Below, in pieces: positions 57,060 through 64,000 of a DNA stretch of 64,000 bases. The DNA comes from Octopus vulgaris. Its lineage: Eukaryota. The notes below the pieces were generated by a model. It made no database searches, had not been told where the DNA came from, and saw only the letters and a program-made list of their open reading frames with translations. The stretch spans positions 55,924,001 to 55,988,000 of the forward strand of contig OX597823.1 in assembly GCA_951406725.2 (NCBI GenBank), given 5' to 3'. The translations under genes and the position numbers were made by a program. Position 1 is the stretch's first letter. Every line of letters starts with the position of its first letter.

Positions 57060-57792
57060 CTAAATAAATAAATAAATAAAATTATTAATAATCATCACTG
57101 GTTTAATTTCATATCATTTATAGCAGAAAAGAAAAGCATTGTGATGGGAGAATAGTTAGATAGACGTAGAAAATTCTTTTGGGGTACTTGGAAAATTCAA
57201 CCTCTGCGGTATTTGAACTCAGAACGCAGAGACAGATAAAATACCGCTAAGCATTTTCCCCGGTCTTCTAACGATTATTGATTTCAAAATTTTGGACAAG
57301 GCTAGCAATTTCGGGGCAGAGTATAAGTATATTACAATGACCCCAATACTCAACTGGTACTTATTTTATCGACCCCACAATGATGAAAGGCAAAGTCGAC
57401 CTCGGCAGAATTTGAACTCAGAACGTGAAGACGGACGAAAGGCTGCTAAGCACTTTGACCGACGTGCTAACGATTCTGCCAGCTTGCCGGCTTAGTTATT
57501 TTATGTGTAACAGATACCTCACTTAAGGTTATCAATTCAAAGCTTAAACTTAGTTTACATTATTTGCGCTATTTATTTTCACGTCTTTGTTCTTGTGTGG
57601 CAGTCTTATTAACTCATATCTCACCCTATGAAATGCCAAGGCCTGCTTCTTGAGTGTTTTTACTTGAGTTCACGCTGTTGCAAATATTCCCGATTTTCTA
57701 TCTAAAGAAAGCTTCCCACCTATCTTCCACAAACCCCGGATGCCATGTAAAGAGTCATAGTGTTATATTCCTTATTATGTTAGATTATTATA

Positions 57793-58830
57793 ACGCCCAC
57801 TTCGGTATACAGTGTACTTAGTAAAACCAGTAAAGACACGACTATCTCTGACCGCCTGCTACGTACATATTCCTTATTAAGCACTCAAGCTTTTACACAG
57901 AGGGGACAGCACAAGGAGAGACAGAACACCACAGTGGGAACAAAAACATGAAAGGAAAGAAAATGGGGAAAATGTTATTTAATAAATGAAAATGAATGAC
58001 TACATGAGCTCCACTCTCATGCAGTACCATTTGAACGTTCTTACAGACAGTTTATAATCTTTATTTCCTTTTCCTTTTTTCCATAAGCATCGTTTTTTTA
58101 AAAAGAAATTTTACTTACTCTTGTTTTTTAAGAGTTCATATATGGTTCTAATTCTCTATATTCCATCACTGGCGGCAGTTCGTCAAACTCCACCTCAACT
58201 CCCGGTAGATCAATATCCCTTCCAAACATTTCCTTTAACCTGTTATACCTCTCTTTATCTATAAAAATTGCTTTCACATTTTCCGTGTAAATCTCCGTAG
58301 GCAACTTAACCATTATTATGGATTTAAACTTAGATTTTATCAAGATTTTCCAGTCTTTCCAGATCTTTGTTAACCTGGTCTATTCTTGCAAACGGTACTT
58401 TCCGTTTTGGCCTAAAGACCGGTATTTAAGACTTTGTTTTACAGCGATCTTAGATTTTGTTTTTGTACAACAACCCAGTTCTTCCCCCACCAAAAAAAAA
58501 ACAAAACAAAAAAAAAACATCTGGGAATAATCTTTTTTATATTTTGTTTCAGTTCTTCGGCTTCATTTGAACCTTTGACTGACTCAACTATATTTCTGCA
58601 GAGAACACATACGTGCGTATCCCACAATTCGAACAGTTCCAGCTACTCTGCACCAAATAAAATAAGTGAATCTTTTAATACAATATATCTTTGCCTTTTT
58701 AATTTGAGCACGAAATGTTACATTACATACGAGTTCACTGAAAAATATAATCTTTTTCCCGGAACACAATGTGCTACCTTTTTAGATTCAATAAACTTCG
58801 GCTTACCGATATATTTCCAAGTTTTTTTTT
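57793..58830 (-). mobile_element. Truncated, diverged relative of the 60830-62850 element
   Basis: Shares the terminal ~75 bp, the 3' UTR motifs and the C-terminal domain KFKSIIMVKLPTEIYTENVKAIFIDKERYNRLKEMFGRDIDLPGVEVEFDEL. Confidence 0.8.
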
Positions 58831-58841
58831 GGGGGGGGGCG

Positions 58842-59255
58842 GATCTTTTCGGTTTGACCGGTAGTTTTTCCTAGCGGTGTCATATGAAATTGTCAACCAT
58901 AATTATGACCCTAGTATCGATCTATTGTATTTCAATCTATTTTAGGGTTAGGGTTAGGGGTAGAGGGAAGGGTATCTTTTTTTTCTTCACAAATGTAAAT
59001 AAACCCAATCTGTTTCTTAAACGAGGGACATATTCATACGGCACAGAATGTTGTTTACCTCAATGGACGTCAGTGATTGGTTGAAATTGCAGAAATTGAA
59101 GAAAAAACAACAAATATCTTACAAACTATAGAATTTTCTCAATAAAGCCAAGAGAAAAAGATGTTTTATAAACACATTCTACCAGTATATGAAGTTTAAA
59201 ATTTTTTAGTTACCTAGAAATTATGTTAAAAACTGCCGTTCAAACCGAAAAGATC
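58842..59255. mobile_element. MITE with ~27-bp TIRs and internal (TTAGGG)n
   Basis: gatcttttcggtttgaccggtagtttt versus aaaactgccgttcaaaccgaaaagatc. ttagggttagggttaggg at ~58942-58959. Confidence 0.8.
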
Positions 59256-60766
59256 ATTTTTTCATTTATAATGGTGATGTCACTACCAGTGTCCAATTTC
59301 GTTTTAACACTTGTATTTCTGATTTTCACCTTCATGAATTTCATCATCATTATGCTACCAAATATTTTCCATTACATACTATTTATTCCTTTTCCTTTGT
59401 TCTGACGTTTTATCATCTTCGTTCTACAATGTGTCTTTATATGCCCTATATTTACACAACGAAAGCACTCCGCTTTCTTAAATGAACAATTTTTCCTCAG
59501 GTGTATACCTCCACATGCAAACCATGGGTTTATTTCCTGATTTTTGTCGTGTTTTTTTAGAAAACACTTTATCTCTGCTCTATTTCTCACTTGGAAACAA
59601 TCTTTACGGTCAATTCCCTCAGTGTCGTGTCTTAATCTTACTATCCTTTCACATTTTTCTGACACTTGCTGTAGGGTTACATCCTGCTTTTGTTACCGCT
59701 TTGCGAGAATTCTAGTTCTAACTTCTGCGTCCTTTTCGGCAGTAAGTCCTTGTGTAAAAATCAAGCATTTGGACATATCTGGTGCTAATTCGTCCAGCTT
59801 AAACTTTTCACATTCCCTTTTTACTCTACCAGCAAATATGATGCAGTCCTCGTCGTTGTTTTCCTCGGTGTTCAAACACTCCCAATGTGTGTTTAACAAT
59901 GAGCTTTTTTCACTGAATATTTTACACTATATATCTATTGTATCAAGTTTAGGTCCTAAGGTTTTCTTGGGAATACATAATTACCGCATTGTTCATATTC
60001 TGCTACGTATTTCTTTACTACCCACAAAGGGGCTAAACACAGAAGGGACAAACAAGGACAGACAAACGGATTAAGTCGATTATATCGACCCCAGTGCGTA
60101 ACTGGTACTTAATTTATCGACCCCGAAAGGATGAAAGGCAAAGTCGACCTCGGGGGAATTTGAACTCAGAACATAAAGACAGACGAAATACCTATTTCTT
60201 TACTACCCACAAGGGGCTAAACACAGAAGGGACAAACAAGGACAGACACACGTATTAAGTCGATTATATCGACCCCGGTGTGTAACTGGTACTTAATTTA
60301 TCGACCCCGAAAGGCTGAAAGGCAAAGTCGACCTCGGGGGAATTTGAACTCAGAACGTAACGGCAGACGAAATACGGCTACGCATTTCGCCCGGCGTGCC
60401 AACGTTTCTGCCAGCTCGCCGCCGCAAGTCTTCTCAAGATTAAGCGCGTTTTCATCTCGCTGTCCCAGTATTTACATTCATTCTCGAAGATTTGCTCATA
60501 TCTTCTGTAGTATACTTCGAAGCTAACTCCTTTATCAGGTTCGTATTTGAACTCTGTTATGGCGAGAACACTTTTTCTGACTTTCCTGAAGACTTCATTA
60601 ATTACAACACTTGTTGCTGTAATAGTAATTGTTGTTTTTCTTTCAAATTTTGGTGGCTTTGTTGCTTCAGCTGTTGTTCTTACAATTGTAGCTGCTGCTG
60701 TTGTTCTTTCAGCTGCTGTTAATGTTGTTTTTGCAATTCGAGCTGACCGGGCAAAAATTTCTCCAT
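59256..60766 (-). pseudogene. Ty3/gypsy-like gag-protease remnant with SINE A insertion (60008-60425)
   Basis: Q-rich N-terminus, EFKYEPDKGVSFEVYYRRYEQIFENEC, FAGRVKRECEKF...KCLIFTQGL, zinc knuckle CFRCVNIGHIKTHC, protease LDTGSDITII. Several stops. Confidence 0.88.
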
Positions 60767-60829
60767 AATTTTACGTGTTTATTAATTCCTCGTCTCCACT
60801 GTTGTAATCCTTAAAATGTTGGACTGTTG

Positions 60830-62850
60830 TAATGCCCACTTCGGTATACAGTATACTTAGTAAAACCAGTAAAGCCACGACTATCTCTGACCGCCTACCA
60901 CGTACTCTTTCTTTATTTTGGTACTATGGCCATTACACAGTGGGGACAGCAGAAGGACAGACAAAACACCACAGTGGGGACAAAAAACATACAATGAATG
61001 AAAATGATGTTATGTAATAATGGAAATGAAATGGCTGCATGAGTCCCACTCCCATGTAGTACCATTTGAACGTTCAATTACACAGCTTAGAATCGTTCAT
61101 TTTTACTTTTGTTTTTTTTTTCTTTATGATCTTTTTTCTTCCTTTTTTGAAATTTAAACAATTTTACTTATTTTATTTTCCTTTTTAACATTTCATTAAG
61201 GGTTCAAGATCTTTTAATTCTATCACTGGTGACAATTCATCAAATTCCACCATTACTCCTGGCGGATCAATTCCTCTTCCACACATATTTTTCAGCCTGC
61301 TGTATCTCTCCTTATCGACCACAATGGCCTTCACGTTCTCTGAGTATATTTCTATGAGCAGCTTCACCCTTATAATAGCCTTAAATTTCATTATTTTCCA
61401 CTCAGTTTCTTTATTTTTAGCATATATCACAAAATTCCATCGGTATTTTTTCGCCTTTCTTGTTTGTTTACCCTTTTCTTGCTCTACTCCTAGTACTTTT
61501 TCCTCTTCTACTCTGAATAGTTTCGCCATTTCACCCTCATACAGTTGCTCGCCTAAATCCTTTTCCTCCACTGGTGTAACCAGTGTCTTTGCTGCTGTCT
61601 CCTCCTGAAACTCCTCCTCGAGCTCCTCTTCAATCTCCTTTTCAATCTCCTTCTCAACCATCTTCTCAGCCTCCTCCCTTCTAACTTCCTTCACAACCTC
61701 TTTCTCTACCCCCTTAATCACTTCTTTCTTTTTTCTTTTTTTTTCTTTTCCTATCTCTCTGGCGGAGAACTTACTTTTTCACTCCTCTTTCTCTTTTTGA
61801 CTACCGTGAATTCCTCCTCTGTTCTTGTCTCCTTTACCTCGACGTGTACCACTTGGTCCACATTCTCCTGATCCACAGTCTGCTCCATCTGTTGTTCCGC
61901 TTCTCTCTGGAGGCACCTCGTCTTCATATGGCCTTTTTCTCCACACAAGTAGCATATGGGAGGCAAACCCTCCACCACCACTCTCAACCTTACAGCCTCA
62001 GGCAGAACTATTTTTTCTGCAATTCTGTTGAGGTCTTCCAAACTCGCTTGTATGACCATCCCTATGCCATATCCCAATAATTCAACCTTTTGGCTCACGT
62101 TGCCTGGAGTATCTTGGCATTCTCCTCCATATTAAACATTATGGCTGCCATCAGCCATGCTTCCTTTATCTCTGGGGGTACTTTGCCAACTCTCACCCTG
62201 GCAACATGCTTTCCACAGTACGTCGGCAAAAGTATCCATTCTTCCCTCCTTATTGCTTCTGTGGAGAGCTTAATCGCTTCGCCCTCCGTCGCGAAACGCA
62301 CCTCCACTGTGCCATACCTCCTTCTACGTGTGATGAACGTGGTCAGTTTCTTGATTTCCTTCAAGCATTCCTCAATATATCTTCAATAGGTGCTATTTCA
62401 ATCTTCCTTGTTGATATCTTCAATGTTTTAAAAATCACTGTCCTCTTTGTTAACACTGCTTGTGAGTTCCTCAGGCGGCGTCAATCGCAACGTTTTTCCC
62501 TCCTTTTTCAATAGTTTCTCACATTCTTTCATCTTTTTCGGCTCCACTTTTGCTTCACGCACCTCCAAAGCTTCAACTTCTATTCCTTTATCAGTTGCTG
62601 CCGCATAGCTGTGGCCTCTTGCTAGCACTTTCTCCATCTTTCCCACAATGGGGCGAAAACAAACAATTCAACAATAATAGTAACAGCAATTTCAACAGTA
62701 ACAATCAATAATCTTGGGTACACCCACGAGGGGAGACCTTCAACAAATATTTAACAAGGCGACTTGCGTCTGACAGCAATCAGAAAAAGCGATAAAATTA
62801 ACTCCGACATGAATATCTCAAACCGCCTACTACGTACTTTCGTACTTCAC
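60830..62850 (-). mobile_element. ORF1/gag-only retroelement-like sequence (L1/Tx1 ORF1-like) with short terminal direct repeats
   Basis: Broken ORF ~62649-61185: SYAAAT, RRRYGTVEVRF...RVRVGKVPPEI (RRM-like), CYLCGEKGHMKTRC knuckle, E/K-rich region, C-terminal domain. No RT or EN follows. Confidence 0.72.
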
Positions 62851-63691
62851 GTACTTCTCTTTACTTATAGTGACTATATTTTCATCACATGGGAGGGGTG
62901 TGCCAGTATTACTAATTCCCTACAACACATAGAATTTCTGAGAAAGTTCATTTATCCCCTTCTGAGATAAACCTTGCAGTTAGTACACCTGCATTCTGCA
63001 GTCAATGAAGCCGTTCAAGAATTTGGACTTGGAGATCTCCATTTCCAGCGACTTCGAGGGCCACCTCCCAGTGGTGTCGGGCGTCAACGAAGAGCCCTCG
63101 ACTACAACAAGACGACCCAAATTTTTTTTTTCTAAGGTCTGGGGTCTCCCGCCCCTAAGCCCTAGACCATCACCTAATCACGCTTACCCGTCGTGTTGCT
63201 TAACAACAACAACAACAACAGCAGCAGTCAATGAAATAAGTACTTGCTAAATACTGAGGTTAACTCAAACGCCTCAAACAACTATTCCAAAGATGTAGCC
63301 TTGTAACTATATTGATTTCAAATTTTGGCTCCAGGTCAGCAACTTCGGAGGAGGGGTAAGTCGATTACATCGAACCCAGTGATAAAATGGTACTTTATTT
63401 ATCAACCACGAAAGGATGAAAGACAAAGACGATCTCGGCAAAATTTGAAATCAGAACGTAAAGACGGACAAAATGCCGCCAAGCATTTTGCCTGGCGTGC
63501 TAACGATTCGGCCGGCTCGATGACTTTAGGTTTGTAAATGTCTTTATTCTTTTACTTGTTTTCAGTCATTAAACTGGTGCCATGCTGGGGCACCGCCTAG
63601 ACACACACACACACATACTTACGACGGGTTTCCTTCAGTTTCCATCTATTAAATCCACACACAGTTTTGGTCGGCCCGATGCTCCCAACCA

Positions 63692-63800
63692 CATGGTTTG
63701 GGGTTCAGTCTCACTGCGTGGCACCTTGGGCATGTGTCTTCTACTATAGCTTTGAGCCGACCAAAGCCCTGTGAGTGGAAACCCGTCGTATATATATATA

Positions 63801-63862
<62 letters not shown>

Positions 63863-63957
63863 GACAGGTTTCCACTCACAGGGCTTTGGTCGGCTCAAAG
63901 CTATAGTAGAAGACACATGCCCAAGGTGCCACGCAGTGAGACTGAACCCCAAACCAT
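63692..63957. repeat. Palindrome of a SINE B segment centred on (TA)n
   Basis: 63692-63790 mirrors 63860-63957 around a (TA)n spacer. Confidence 0.88.
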
Positions 63958-64000
63958 ATATATATATATATATTATTATATATATATATATATATATATA

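Noticed and set aside
58942-58959. Interstitial telomere or chromosome fusion site
   Set aside because: Only three units, located inside a TIR-bounded MITE
60520-60766. Q-rich segment as an upstream exon of the acidic protein gene
   Set aside because: Contains stops and is contiguous with the gypsy gag remnant

Overview
Eukaryotic, AT-rich, microsatellite-saturated DNA. The tRNA-derived SINE families and the (TA)n/(CATA)n/(GATA)n load fit an octopod cephalopod (inference). Only one convincing host coding region is present: a ~2.87 kb terminal exon on the minus strand (57059..54190) encoding a block-charged, D/E/N/G-rich low-complexity protein. Nearly all other ORF calls are microsatellite artefacts or transposon remnants. 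These remnants include Penelope-like elements (PLEs), R4/Dong-like, CR1-group and RTE LINE fragments, a Ty3/gypsy gag-protease pseudogene, a hAT transposase fragment, MITEs and about 40 SINE copies. Four features stand out. (1) At least three families of minimal hammerhead-ribozyme motifs sit in PLE 3' ends and in short (TA)n-flanked elements, including a G3-C8 swapped core. (2) There are two adjacent kb-scale palindromes and many smaller fold-backs and templated copies centred on (TA)n. (3) An ORF1/gag-only element has short terminal direct repeats and a conserved C-terminal domain. (4) A SINE-mediated copy of gag sequence lies 46 kb from its apparent donor. All alignments and folds were done by eye, so boundaries are approximate.
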